Positions 28,423-40,090 of a DNA stretch of 43,678 nucleotides are shown here, in pieces. The stretch lies in sequence record DRR378314_949; one strand, given 5' to 3'. Made by a program: the position numbers and the translations under genes. The first letter of the stretch is position 1. Each line of letters begins with the position of its first letter. The notes beneath the pieces are model-generated. The model worked only from the letters and a program-made list of their open reading frames with translations, was not told where the DNA came from and did no database searches.

Positions 28423-28608
28423 GCGTTTCCTCACCTGCCTTTCGTGCGTGCAATTCAGTCAAGCTGACGCTGAGCTTTGAAGCCAGTGATACTTTCTGGT
28501 AATCGCCGAATGCCAAGCCTTTCTGCCTACGCCCGAATTAAGTCTACAACCGTCTGATATAGATAGTTTTCATATCATGCGCCCAGAGTGTTTTTAATGC
28601 CAGCGGAG

Positions 28609-30048
<1,440 letters not shown>

Positions 30049-30066
30049 ACAGTCTCCACCAGCCTT

Positions 30067-30110
30067 GGCGGGTACAGTCGACCTTCTCTGTCGACTTGCC
30101 CGTCCTTTTT
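30067..30110 (+). terminator. Internal terminator-like hairpin after lamB
   Basis: GGCGGGTACAGTCGAC-CTTCTCT-GTCGACTTGCCCGTC followed by CTTTTT. Confidence 0.7.
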
Positions 30111-30159
30111 CGCTGTTAGGCAACAGCTCGTTCCGTGTGCGGATAAGGGAATATCTTCG

Positions 30160-30834
30160 ATGAAAGCCTTGTTTTTTGACTGCGATGGCGTGCTGGTAGA
30201 CAGCGAGTCTCTCGCTGAGGCTGTGCTGGCGGAGCGAATAGAAGAATGGTTGCCCGATTTGAAACCGGATGTCGTTCTGAGGGAGTTGCCGGGAATGACA
30301 ACAGGAAACAGTCTCAGATATCTGGAGGCCCTCAGCAGCCATTCGTTGCCTCACAACGCCACAAACATGGTTGAAAAGGCGATTGACGCCCGGCTCAAGC
30401 AGGAGCTTCGCGCCGTTGAAGGGGTGTCTGAAATCATCTCCCGATTGACTCTCCCAATGGCGATAGTTTCCAACTCCAGTTGGCGGCGTGTAAAGAACTC
30501 TCTAGCCACTACCGGTCTCGATAGGTGGTTGAGCCGAGTCCCGGTTTTTAGCGCACAGCAGGTTCTGCATCCCAAACCAGATCCAGGTATTTATCGGCTG
30601 GCCGCTCGGACCTTGTCAAGACGACCGGCCGATTGCCTGGTATTGGAAGACAGTGTCTCCGGTGTCACCGCAGCTTACGCTGCAGGTATGACTGTCATCG
30701 GATTTATAGGCGCGAGTCATGTGCTGGATCAATCTGCTCATAGCAAAAAACTGTCGCTGGCCGGCGCATGGAGAACCATTGGCGCAATGAAGGATCTCGA
30801 ATCCCTTGTGGCTGAATGGTGCGACAACCACTAA
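30160..30834 (+). CDS. HAD-IA family phosphatase
   Basis: FDCDGVLVDSE, VSNS, KPDPGIY, LEDSVSGV. Confidence 0.9.
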   Translation: MKALFFDCDGVLVDSESLAEAVLAERIEEWLPDLKPDVVLRELPGMTTGNSLRYLEALSSHSLPHNATNMVEKAIDARLKQELRAVEGVSEIISRLTLPMAIVSNSSWRRVKNSLATTGLDRWLSRVPVFSAQQVLHPKPDPGIYRLAARTLSRRPADCLVLEDSVSGVTAAYAAGMTVIGFIGASHVLDQSAHSKKLSLAGAWRTIGAMKDLESLVAEWCDNH

Positions 30835-30881
30835 TCACTCCATTACGACTCACATCAACATGACTCAAGGAGTTCCCGTTC

Positions 30882-32363
30882 ATGACAGCATTGAGTACCG
30901 CCACCCTTGAACAGCTCAGCAGCGATATCATCGTCCCCGGTTACGATCGGGATGCAGTCACGGCGGGCATTGTCCACTTCGGAGTGGGTGGTTTTCACCG
31001 AGCACATCAGGCAGCCTATATTGAGGAACTGATGCAGCAAGGTCAGGCGATGGATTGGGGGATTGTCGGCGTTGGGGTCATGCCCGGCGACCGTGCCATG
31101 CAAGAAGCCCTGATGGCACAGGACTGCCTCTACACCATGGTCGTCAAGCATGCTGATGGCCGAATTGAGCCGAAGGTGATCGGCAGTCTGATTGATTATC
31201 TGTTCGCGCCTGACAACCCTGATGTGGTCATCGAACGTATGGCTGACCCGGCCATCCGGATTGTGTCCCTGACCGTGACAGAAGGGGGCTACAATATTCA
31301 CCCGGTGACCGGCGAATTCAACGCCGATCATCCTGACGTGCAACACGATCTTGCCGAACGCAAGCATCCAAAAACTACCTTTGGGCTGATCAGTGAAGCC
31401 CTGAGGCGGCGCCGTGAGCGGGGCCTACCACCATTTACCGTGATGTCCTGCGACAATATCCCTGGCAACGGCGATGTGGCCCATCATATGTTCATCGCGT
31501 TTGCCCGTCTTCTCGATCCGGAACTGGCACATTGGATTGAGCGGGAAGTCGCATTTCCCAATTCCATGGTGGATCGCATAACCCCTGTCACCACCCAAGC
31601 AGACATTACGGAACTCAAACATCGCTTTGACCTTGAAGATCGCTGGCCCGTGGTTTGTGAACCCTTCACCCAGTGGGTGCTGGAGAACCGGTTTGTCAAC
31701 GTGCCCCCGCCGCTGGAACAGGTTGGCGTTCAGCTCGTTGACGATGTGGAGCCCTATGAACTGGTCAAGCTACGCTTGCTTAACGCCAGCCACCAGGCGC
31801 TGTGCTACTTCGGTTATCTGAGCGGTTATCGCTATGCCCACGAGGTATGTCAGGACCCGCTTTTCGTGGATTTCCTGCTGGCTTACATGGAGCGCGAAGG
31901 CTCTCCGACACTGCCGGAAGCACCTGGGGTGGATCTCGATGCCTACCGCCGGACCCTGATCAAACGGTTCGCCAACCCGGAAATCCGGGATACCCTGGTA
32001 AGACTCTGCGCGGAAAGCTCGGACCGCATCCCCAAATGGTTGCTGCCGGTCATCAAGAAGCAACTGGAGACCGGCGGCGAAATGCACCGTGCGGCCGCCG
32101 TTGTGGCCAGTTGGGCCCGCTATGCCGAGGCCATCGATGAATCCGGCAATCCCATCGACGTGGTTGATCCGCTGAAAGACAACCTGAAAGCCATCGCTGC
32201 CAATAACCGGGAAAACCCTTTGGCGTTTATCGAAAATCGTACTCTGTTTGGCGATCTGGCCGATCATCAACGCTTTCGAGACGCCTACCTGGCAGCCCTG
32301 GAAAAACTCCACGCAGAGGGGGCTCGTGCCACCGTGGAAATGTTGGTGAGAGGCGAGCTGTGA
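30882..32363 (+). CDS. mtlD: Mannitol 2-dehydrogenase (long-chain polyol dehydrogenase; family also oxidises D-arabitol)
   Basis: GIVHFGVGGFHRAHQA, SLTVTEGGY, SCDN, FPNSMVDRITP, KLRLLNASH. Confidence 0.92.
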   Translation: MTALSTATLEQLSSDIIVPGYDRDAVTAGIVHFGVGGFHRAHQAAYIEELMQQGQAMDWGIVGVGVMPGDRAMQEALMAQDCLYTMVVKHADGRIEPKVIGSLIDYLFAPDNPDVVIERMADPAIRIVSLTVTEGGYNIHPVTGEFNADHPDVQHDLAERKHPKTTFGLISEALRRRRERGLPPFTVMSCDNIPGNGDVAHHMFIAFARLLDPELAHWIEREVAFPNSMVDRITPVTTQADITELKHRFDLEDRWPVVCEPFTQWVLENRFVNVPPPLEQVGVQLVDDVEPYELVKLRLLNASHQALCYFGYLSGYRYAHEVCQDPLFVDFLLAYMEREGSPTLPEAPGVDLDAYRRTLIKRFANPEIRDTLVRLCAESSDRIPKWLLPVIKKQLETGGEMHRAAAVVASWARYAEAIDESGNPIDVVDPLKDNLKAIAANNRENPLAFIENRTLFGDLADHQRFRDAYLAALEKLHAEGARATVEMLVRGEL

Positions 32364-33859
32364 GCGGTATTTACGTAGGTGTTGATTGCGGCACCCAGAG
32401 CACCAAAGTGGTGGTCATTGATGTGGAGCAGGGCGCTATTCTGGGAGAGGGCTCTCGCCCCCATCAATTGATCGAAAACGAGAGTGGTCGACGGGAACAG
32501 GATCCTGAAACATGGATGGCCGCTTTTTACGGCGCCTTTGGCGATGCGGTAAAGAGCTCTGGCATTGATCGGCAGGCAATTCGGGCCATTGGCGTATCCG
32601 GCCAACAACACGGCATGGTCGCCCTGGATGAGCATGGCCAACCTGTGCACCCGGCCAAGCTCTGGTGCGACACGGAGACAGCTAGACACAACGCCAGTCT
32701 GGTTGGGCGACTTGGTGGTGAGGCCGGCTGTCTCGACAAGCTGGGGCTAGTGCTACAAACCGGCTACACCGCTTCAAAAGTAGCCTGGCTGCGGGAGCAG
32801 CATCCCAGTGCCTACCGGCGTATTCACCATATTCTGTTGCCTCACGATTACCTGAACTACCGGTTAACCGGTAACTGCGTTGCTGAGGCAGGCGACGCTT
32901 CGGGCACGGGGTATTTCGATACCCGCACGCGGCAGTGGCGTCACGATGTGTTTTCTGAAATAGCGCCCGAACTGGACGCCGAGAGCGTGCTTCCGCGATT
33001 GATCGCTTCCCATGAACCTGCTGGAACCGTGCAGCCGTCGGTCGCCGAACAGCTTGGCTTACCTGAGGGAGTGCTGGTATCCAGCGGCGGTGGCGACAAC
33101 ATGATGGGTGCCATTGGCACGGGCAATATCGAGCCGGGACTGGTGACGCTCAGTCTAGGCACATCGGGCGCTATTTATGCGTTCTCTGACAGGCCGGTTA
33201 TTGCCGACAACCCCATGGCCGCCAACTTTTGTGCCAGTAGTGATGGCTGGTTGCCATTGGTGTGCACCATGAACGTCACCTCTGCCACGATGGCTGTTCG
33301 TAACCTCTTCGACCTGGATCTGGGGACCTTCGGCCAGCGGGTGGCCTCGGCGCCCGCTGGTGCCGAAGGTGTGATCATTCTGCCATTCTTTAACGGCGAA
33401 CGGGTGCCTATGTTGCCCAACGCAAAGGCCAGCTTTCTGGGACTGAACAATGTCAATGCAACCCAGGCTAATCTCTGCCGCGCGGTCGTCGAAAGCGCGA
33501 CGTTTGGCCTGCGCTATGGTCTCGAATTGCTGGGCAATCTGGCCCGGGACGCTCGTCAGATCCGCCTGATCGGGGGCGGTGCGAAAAGCGCGGTCTGGCG
33601 TCAGATCGTTGCTGACATTCTTGGAGTAGAGGTCATCTCTCCGAACGTCAATGAGGCCGCCGCACTGGGAGCCGCTATCCAGGCCGCCTGGTGTGACGAG
33701 ACCCGGCGGGATAGCACGGCGACGCTGACAAGACTGTGCGACAGCATGGTACGGCTGGATAAAGAAACCTTAACCAATCCGGATTCCGAGACCCAAGCGG
33801 TCTACCAGGACATCTACAGGCGCTATCGCAACGCCCTGGAAGATCTTCACGGTGTTTAA
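32360..33859 (+). CDS. xylB: Xylulokinase (MtlY/XylB)
   Basis: GVDCGTQSTK, SGQQHG, AKLWCDT, GGGDNMMGAIGTG, FFNGERVP; GTGA overlap with mtlD. Confidence 0.93.
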   Translation: MSGIYVGVDCGTQSTKVVVIDVEQGAILGEGSRPHQLIENESGRREQDPETWMAAFYGAFGDAVKSSGIDRQAIRAIGVSGQQHGMVALDEHGQPVHPAKLWCDTETARHNASLVGRLGGEAGCLDKLGLVLQTGYTASKVAWLREQHPSAYRRIHHILLPHDYLNYRLTGNCVAEAGDASGTGYFDTRTRQWRHDVFSEIAPELDAESVLPRLIASHEPAGTVQPSVAEQLGLPEGVLVSSGGGDNMMGAIGTGNIEPGLVTLSLGTSGAIYAFSDRPVIADNPMAANFCASSDGWLPLVCTMNVTSATMAVRNLFDLDLGTFGQRVASAPAGAEGVIILPFFNGERVPMLPNAKASFLGLNNVNATQANLCRAVVESATFGLRYGLELLGNLARDARQIRLIGGGAKSAVWRQIVADILGVEVISPNVNEAAALGAAIQAAWCDETRRDSTATLTRLCDSMVRLDKETLTNPDSETQAVYQDIYRRYRNALEDLHGV

Positions 33860-33903
33860 CCGCCGCAGGTTTTGGATGAAACCAACAACAAAAGGACAGT
33901 GAC

Positions 33904-34860
33904 ATGACTCAACTGGATGCACTCAAACAACATTCCATGGTGGTGGCGGATACCGGTGATCTGACCGCCATAAGGCGCTACGAACCCCATGATGCAACCA
34001 CCAATCCATCATTGATTCTAAAGGCGTTCGATTTGCCGGATCACCAGCGACTGATTGATGAAACGCTGGCCAGCGTAAAACGCGACGCCATCGACGCGAC
34101 AGCAAGTGTCGAGCAGGCAGTAGATCGTTTGTCCGTTGCCATTGGCGCGGAGATTGCGGGCATCGTTCCGGGGCGAGTGTCCACTGAAGTCGCTGCACGT
34201 CTGTCTTTTGATACCCAGGCAAGCATTCGCAAAGCACACGAACTGATCGAGCATTATGACCGCCTGGACGTGCCCAGGGAGAGGGTGCTGATCAAACTGG
34301 CCTCGACCTGGGAAGGAGTGCGGGCGGCCGAGGTACTCGAGAAGGAAGGTATTCAGTGCAACCTGACCCTGCTTTTCAGCGATGCCCAGGCTCAAGCTTG
34401 CTTTGATGCAGGCGTTTTCCTCGTCTCGCCTTTTGTAGGTCGGGTTACCGACTGGTACACCAGGGAAACCGGCCAGAACTTTACACCGGACAAAGATCCG
34501 GGAGTTGAGTTCGTCCGCGGCGTTTGCCAACTCGCCGATAAAGGAAATTACGAAACTGTGGTGATGGGTGCCAGTTTCCGAAACACGGGCCAGGTGCTGG
34601 CATTGGCCGGTTGCCCGCGTTTGACGATCTCGCCGGCGTTGCTTGAAGAACTCTCGGGACATGATGAATCAGTGGCATTAAAGCTCGCTAAAAACACTGC
34701 TGGCAAGAACTCGCAACCGCCCATAACTGAATCGGAGTTCCGCTGGAATCACAACGAAAATGCCATGGCCAATGAGAAATTGGCAGAAGGTATTCGGCGC
34801 TTTGCCGAGGACCAATTTCGACTGGAGGTATTGATCAACGAGCGACTCGCTTCTGTCTGA
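33904..34860 (+). CDS. tal: Transaldolase
   Basis: [47 protein letters not shown]. Confidence 0.96.
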   Translation: MTQLDALKQHSMVVADTGDLTAIRRYEPHDATTNPSLILKAFDLPDHQRLIDETLASVKRDAIDATASVEQAVDRLSVAIGAEIAGIVPGRVSTEVAARLSFDTQASIRKAHELIEHYDRLDVPRERVLIKLASTWEGVRAAEVLEKEGIQCNLTLLFSDAQAQACFDAGVFLVSPFVGRVTDWYTRETGQNFTPDKDPGVEFVRGVCQLADKGNYETVVMGASFRNTGQVLALAGCPRLTISPALLEELSGHDESVALKLAKNTAGKNSQPPITESEFRWNHNENAMANEKLAEGIRRFAEDQFRLEVLINERLASV

Positions 34861-34900
34861 ATATTTGAACACCTCATTTGATGTCTATAAGGGATATTCC

Positions 34901-36895
34901 ATGCCAACTCGATTCCAGCTCGCTAATGCTATTCGCGCTCTATCCATGGACGCCGTTCAAAAGGCAGGATCCGGGCATCCCGGTGCCCCGATGGGCATGG
35001 CCGATATTGCAGAAGTACTCTGGAACGGGTACCTGCAGCACAACCCGGCAGATCCTCATTGGTTTAACCGGGACAGGTTCGTACTTTCCAACGGCCACGG
35101 CTCGATGCTGCTTTATTCACTGCTACATCTTTGCGGTTACGACGTAACGATTGAGGACCTGAAAAACTTTCGACAGCTCCATTCCAGGACCGCTGGGCAC
35201 CCGGAACTGGGTTACGCGCCGGGAGTTGAGACCACAACCGGCCCGCTCGGCCAGGGATTGGCCAACGCTGTCGGAATGGCGCTGGCGGAGCGCACTCTGG
35301 CGGCCCGGTTCAATCGTCCGGGTCATACAATCGTGGATCACCATACTTATTGCTTCGCAGGCGACGGATGCCTGATGGAAGGAATTTCTCACGAGGCCTG
35401 TGCGCTGGCAGGCACTCAGGGTTTGGGCAAACTGATCACTATCTATGATGACAACGGTATTTCCATTGATGGTGATGTGGAGGGATGGTTTACCGACGAC
35501 ACTGCCAAGCGCTTCGAGGCCTATAACTGGCATGTAGTACCCGTTGTTGACGGCCATGATCCCGAAGAAATCCAGGCCGCCGTCGAACAAGCCCTGAACC
35601 AGACGGATAAGCCAAGCCTGATCATCTGTAAGACTATTATCGGGTTTGGATCTCCTAACAAGCAGGGCAGGGAAGAATGCCACGGTGCTGCACTTGGCGA
35701 GAGTGAGGTCGCCGCCGCTCGTCAGCAACTCGATTGGCCTCACCCTGCCTTTCAAGTGCCTGAAAACATCTACGCGAGTTGGAACGCAACTGAGGCCGGC
35801 CAAAACAGGCAGAAAGAGTGGGAAACAAAGTTGGCGGAATATGCCAGGGAATTCCCAGAGCTGGCTTCGGAACTCGAGCGCCGCATTAGAGGCACGCTGC
35901 CTACCAGCCTCAGCAGCGAAGCGATGATCAAGTCCGCTCAGGAAAAGGGCGAGAGCATAGCCAGCCGCAAGGCCTCACAGAGTTGTCTTAACCAACTGGG
36001 CCCTCAGCTTCCGGAATTAATCGGCGGCAGCGCTGACCTCGCTCCCTCAAACCTGACCTTTTGGAAAGACGCCCAGGCCATCAGTACGGATACGCCTGCC
36101 GGAAACTATCTGCACTACGGGGTACGGGAGTTTGGAATGGGTGCCATTATGAATGGCATCAGGTTGCATGGTGGCTTCGTGCCCTATGGCGCAACGTTTC
36201 TGATCTTTATGGAATACATGCGTAATTCGATACGAATGGCTTCTCTGATGGGCTTGCAGGCGATATATGTATTCACCCATGACTCAATTGGTCTGGGCGA
36301 AGACGGCCCCACACACCAGCCAGTTGAGCAGCTTACAAGCCTGCGCTCGACCCCGAAGCTCTCAACATGGAGACCCTGCGATGCGGTCGAGACCGCTGCC
36401 GCCTGGCATGCCGCGCTTCAGCGTTCCAACGGCCCCACCGCTTTAGTATTATCGCGACAAACTCTGTCTCATCAGATGCGAAACAGGCGGCAAGTTGAGG
36501 ATATCCAAAGAGGGGGCTATGTACTTGCCGACAGTGCGGAGGTTCCGGAACTGATTCTGATCGCTACCGGCTCGGAAGTCAGTCTGGCCATGGACGCAGC
36601 TAACCTTCTCAGGGAACAGGGCCGGGCCGTACGCGTCGTTTCCATGCCTTCAGTCGACCATTTTGAGCTTCAGGATACCGAGTATCGTGAGTCTGTGCTT
36701 CCATCTTCAGTTACCGCTCGCCTGGCAATCGAGGCCGGTCATCGTGACTTCTGGTACAAGTACGTTGGTCTGAAGGGCGCTATCGTAGGCATGAACGGTT
36801 TCGGCGAATCCGCACCAGCGGAGGATTTGTTCAAACAGTTTGGCTTTACTGTCGAGAATGTGGTGGAACAGGCCTCTGCACTGATTGAGAGCTGA
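34901..36895 (+). CDS. tkt: Transketolase
   Basis: [58 protein letters not shown]. Confidence 0.97.
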   Translation: MPTRFQLANAIRALSMDAVQKAGSGHPGAPMGMADIAEVLWNGYLQHNPADPHWFNRDRFVLSNGHGSMLLYSLLHLCGYDVTIEDLKNFRQLHSRTAGHPELGYAPGVETTTGPLGQGLANAVGMALAERTLAARFNRPGHTIVDHHTYCFAGDGCLMEGISHEACALAGTQGLGKLITIYDDNGISIDGDVEGWFTDDTAKRFEAYNWHVVPVVDGHDPEEIQAAVEQALNQTDKPSLIICKTIIGFGSPNKQGREECHGAALGESEVAAARQQLDWPHPAFQVPENIYASWNATEAGQNRQKEWETKLAEYAREFPELASELERRIRGTLPTSLSSEAMIKSAQEKGESIASRKASQSCLNQLGPQLPELIGGSADLAPSNLTFWKDAQAISTDTPAGNYLHYGVREFGMGAIMNGIRLHGGFVPYGATFLIFMEYMRNSIRMASLMGLQAIYVFTHDSIGLGEDGPTHQPVEQLTSLRSTPKLSTWRPCDAVETAAAWHAALQRSNGPTALVLSRQTLSHQMRNRRQVEDIQRGGYVLADSAEVPELILIATGSEVSLAMDAANLLREQGRAVRVVSMPSVDHFELQDTEYRESVLPSSVTARLAIEAGHRDFWYKYVGLKGAIVGMNGFGESAPAEDLFKQFGFTVENVVEQASALIES

Positions 36896-36943
36896 TGACG
36901 GCTTTAATGGGTTGCCTCTATCCATCCTGCGGGCTCCCGGACA

Positions 36944-38833
36944 CTAGGGCTCATCAACACGAAACTTCCTGGTGCTCTCGGCAAGCGCTTTCGCTTGTCG
37001 GGACAACTGATCGTTGAGGGTTCCGAGCTCATTACCAATTGACTGTGTCTCTGTGCTCTGGCTACGAATGTCTTCCATTTTGTGGGCAATATCGTCGGTG
37101 GTCACGGAGATTTCCTCCACCGCCACAACCACCTGTTCCATTTCCGAATTCAGCGTTTCGATAGACGTGGTGACGCCGCCCATGGCGTCGGCGATGCGGG
37201 AGGCGCTGCGTTCACCATCCCGGGCAAGGTCAAGACCGTCGGTTGTGAGCGTATCCATACGTTTGGTCTGTGTATTCAACTCGTCGATGATGCCAACGAT
37301 ATTCGTAGTTGCAGCAACGGTTTTGTGAGCCAGCGAGCGTACTTCATCAGCCACTACGGAAAAGCCACGCCCTTTATCACCGGCACGGGATGCTTCAATT
37401 GCCGCATTGAGAGCGAGCAGGTTAGTCTGGCCGGCCAGACCATTGATGACGTCAATAATACCCGTGACTTTTGCGCTCGCGTTCGTGAGTGACTGAACGT
37501 GGCTGTGGGTTTGCTGAATCATGGCGGACAATCGGCGGGTTGCTTCAGCGCTGCTCTCAACCACGTGGGCACCGGCGTGCGCCGATTCGTTGGCCGCCTG
37601 GGTTGATGCTCCGACTTGAGAGGTGCGGTTCGCGATATCGTTGATCGTGACGGAAATCTCCTGGCTCGCCGTGGCGGCCTGGACTGTCTGGGATTCCACT
37701 TGTGCGTTGTTGCGGGCCAGGCGCTGCATTGCTTTATCCAGCTCGCCGTGCACCTCCAGCAGGCTATTGGTGCTTCTGACGGTTTGGCGCATGAGATGTC
37801 CGATGTTGTCGATCATCTGATTGGTCGCCGCCCCGAGCTTGTTAAATTCATCATGCGGGTTTTTGCTAAGGGCCAGCTTCCCGGTGAGATCGCCGTTGGA
37901 GACGCGCGATAACAGGTTGATTACTCGGTTTAGCTGACGCACCAATGCGTTGGAGGTCAGTAAGAGAATCAGCATGAAAAGTGGAGTGAAGACGGCAATC
38001 GCTCCAAGACTGGCGGTTTTTGCAGAGGACTGTGAGGATTCCGCGGCGGCAATCGATTCGGCAACAAGCCCCGTCTCCAGCTCTTCAGCCTGGGCAAGAA
38101 CCTGTTGTTGGAGCTGCAACCCGGCGCGTTCAGCGCGCCTGTCGGCACCGACAAGTTTTTGGGTGAGGGCGTCAGCACGGTCGAACAGAGCTCGGTAGAC
38201 CTGTGTTCGATCGTCGACGACGCTACCCTCAAACGCATATTCCTTGATCTGTGCCTCCATATTATCCAGCGCTGCACGGGACTCCTCCCGAAAGGAACGT
38301 CCGAGACTGGCGAAATAGGCGGTGTTGGTGCGATAAATCTCAGTAAGTGCCTTATCAAAGAGGCTGAGTTCTAGCGACTCCAGTTCGTCGAATGCCGCAC
38401 CCAGTTTCTGACGGATCCCCTGGCTGTCAGCGGAGCCAAGCGCAGTGAACTGTTCGAGCCAGGCTTTCCGGGCTGCAACGTAGGCGCTGGTCCTTTGAGC
38501 GATCCCTTCCGCAGAATTTAGTGTGTCTGGATCATTCAGGCCAACAGCCTGCTGTTTGAGCCGTTCTGCATTGACGCTCAAGGTGTTTAAGCGTTTCTGA
38601 ACAATTTCGGCGTCACTGGTCGCATAGTTGCTCAACTGTTTCTCGAGCCGGTTCCAGTGGGTAACCAGTGTGACCGCCGCGTTCTCATAACGGGCCACTT
38701 CATGGATGAATTGATAGGACGACGATACGGTCTCAAAGCCCTGAAAGACGGTGACTGTGATAAACAATAGCCCCGCTGGCGCAGCGATAACCAGCGCGAG
38801 AAACTTTTGACGCCAAGACAGGTAGATCCGCAT
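36944..38833 (-). CDS. Methyl-accepting chemotaxis protein with large (~240 aa) helical periplasmic sensor
   Basis: Two TM segments, [38 protein letters not shown]. Confidence 0.94.
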   Translation of the reverse strand: MRIYLSWRQKFLALVIAAPAGLLFITVTVFQGFETVSSSYQFIHEVARYENAAVTLVTHWNRLEKQLSNYATSDAEIVQKRLNTLSVNAERLKQQAVGLNDPDTLNSAEGIAQRTSAYVAARKAWLEQFTALGSADSQGIRQKLGAAFDELESLELSLFDKALTEIYRTNTAYFASLGRSFREESRAALDNMEAQIKEYAFEGSVVDDRTQVYRALFDRADALTQKLVGADRRAERAGLQLQQQVLAQAEELETGLVAESIAAAESSQSSAKTASLGAIAVFTPLFMLILLLTSNALVRQLNRVINLLSRVSNGDLTGKLALSKNPHDEFNKLGAATNQMIDNIGHLMRQTVRSTNSLLEVHGELDKAMQRLARNNAQVESQTVQAATASQEISVTINDIANRTSQVGASTQAANESAHAGAHVVESSAEATRRLSAMIQQTHSHVQSLTNASAKVTGIIDVINGLAGQTNLLALNAAIEASRAGDKGRGFSVVADEVRSLAHKTVAATTNIVGIIDELNTQTKRMDTLTTDGLDLARDGERSASRIADAMGGVTTSIETLNSEMEQVVVAVEEISVTTDDIAHKMEDIRSQSTETQSIGNELGTLNDQLSRQAKALAESTRKFRVDEP

Positions 38834-38850
38834 ACCGCTACTTCTCTCAC

Positions 38851-38932
38851 TTATCGGCTAAAAGCTTAATAAATAGCATTGGATAGCGGAGCTTGCCTAT
38901 ACTCGTGGTCGCCAAGATATATACTTTCCTGT
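38851..38932 (-). promoter_or_regulatory. MCP promoter with MtlR-type box and sigma28-like -10
   Basis: ACAGGAAAGTATATA...AGTAT (22-bp period) at 38899-38932; GCCGATAA at 38851-38858. Confidence 0.55.
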
Positions 38933-38995
38933 TTCGGTAATGTGGTTCTAGAGGTACGGCAGGGAACGGGCGGGTGGCCAGTTGATAGGATGTAC

Positions 38996-39907
38996 TCAGG
39001 AAGCGGATTGGCAGTTGTTGTACCTGATGTCATTCGCCCAGCGTCGATAACAGGAAGGCGTCATTTCCTTGTGGGCAAAAAAATGCCGGTTGAAGTTGGC
39101 GATGTTGCTAAAGCCCACGTCAAAGCAGATCGCAGTGATCTGCATGTCAGAGTTAGCAAGGAGGTCACAGGCCCGAGCGATGCGAAGGCTGTTCACAAAC
39201 TCAATAAACCGGCGCCCCGTCGCCTTGCGGAAGAACTTCGAAAAGTAGTTCGGTTTCATGGAAAGGTGATCGGCAACGGCTTCCAGTGTTATGTTGTTTC
39301 GGTAGTGTTGCATTATGTAGTTTACGGCATCGTTGATTCGTGCGTTCACGTTTTCATCGCCCAGTTGGGTAAATTGTTCACTGGAAAGAAGCTGAAAATC
39401 ATTGGTCTGTGAAAGAATGTGCATTATTTTGAAGAAATCAGACAGTTTCAACAGCGGAGAGGCCGTTGCGATCTCAGAGATTAATTGGTGAACATGCTCA
39501 ATGAGTTGCGGGTTGTAAAATTCAATTCCGTAACGCGAATTTTGTAACAGAGTATCCAGCTCACCAACTTCAGGAAAGGTACTCTTTGACGACTGAACTA
39601 AATCATCGGTAAAAGTGACCACCTTGTCTCGTTCGGGGTAGACTTCATTATTGTCAGCCTGGGTAATCCAGTTGTGGGGCACGTAGGGACCGGTAAGTAT
39701 CAGTTGGCCTGGGTAAAAGTTACCGATATAGTCGCCGACAAACACTTTGCCGTGACTGTGAGTGATCAGGTGGAGCTCGTATTCCTCGTGGTAGTGCCAG
39801 CGCACAAGCGGGTGGGGGAATCCATGTTCACGATAAAGCACGGACTGAGTTTCCGTTGGAGTGATGAGTTCATATGACGGTTCTGGCGCAGCTATTTTTT
39901 TCATCAT
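38996..39907 (-). CDS. Second MtlR-like AraC regulator
   Basis: 'VRWHYHEEYELHLI...GKVFVGDYIGNF...PHNWI', 'GFSNIANFNRHF'; clear paralog of 27526-28422. Confidence 0.9.
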   Translation of the reverse strand: MMKKIAAPEPSYELITPTETQSVLYREHGFPHPLVRWHYHEEYELHLITHSHGKVFVGDYIGNFYPGQLILTGPYVPHNWITQADNNEVYPERDKVVTFTDDLVQSSKSTFPEVGELDTLLQNSRYGIEFYNPQLIEHVHQLISEIATASPLLKLSDFFKIMHILSQTNDFQLLSSEQFTQLGDENVNARINDAVNYIMQHYRNNITLEAVADHLSMKPNYFSKFFRKATGRRFIEFVNSLRIARACDLLANSDMQITAICFDVGFSNIANFNRHFFAHKEMTPSCYRRWANDIRYNNCQSAS

Positions 39908-40009
39908 GGAATACTCGATGGGCTTGCACTTATTCGGTGACGATTGATTGTTTTTATATCAAATGCGCCATAACAAAACGCTATTCGTACCTATTGGACG
40001 ATTAAGCTG

Positions 40010-40037
40010 AATTTAGCAACTAGCCGCTTTGTGTCAA
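40010..40037 (-). promoter_or_regulatory. Sigma70 promoter for the second AraC gene
   Basis: TTGACA-16 bp-TAAATT on minus strand. Confidence 0.5.
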
Positions 40038-40090
40038 GGTTTCGCAGGACCGTCCAGCAGTCTATCTGCGCAATTTCCTAACCATTTACC

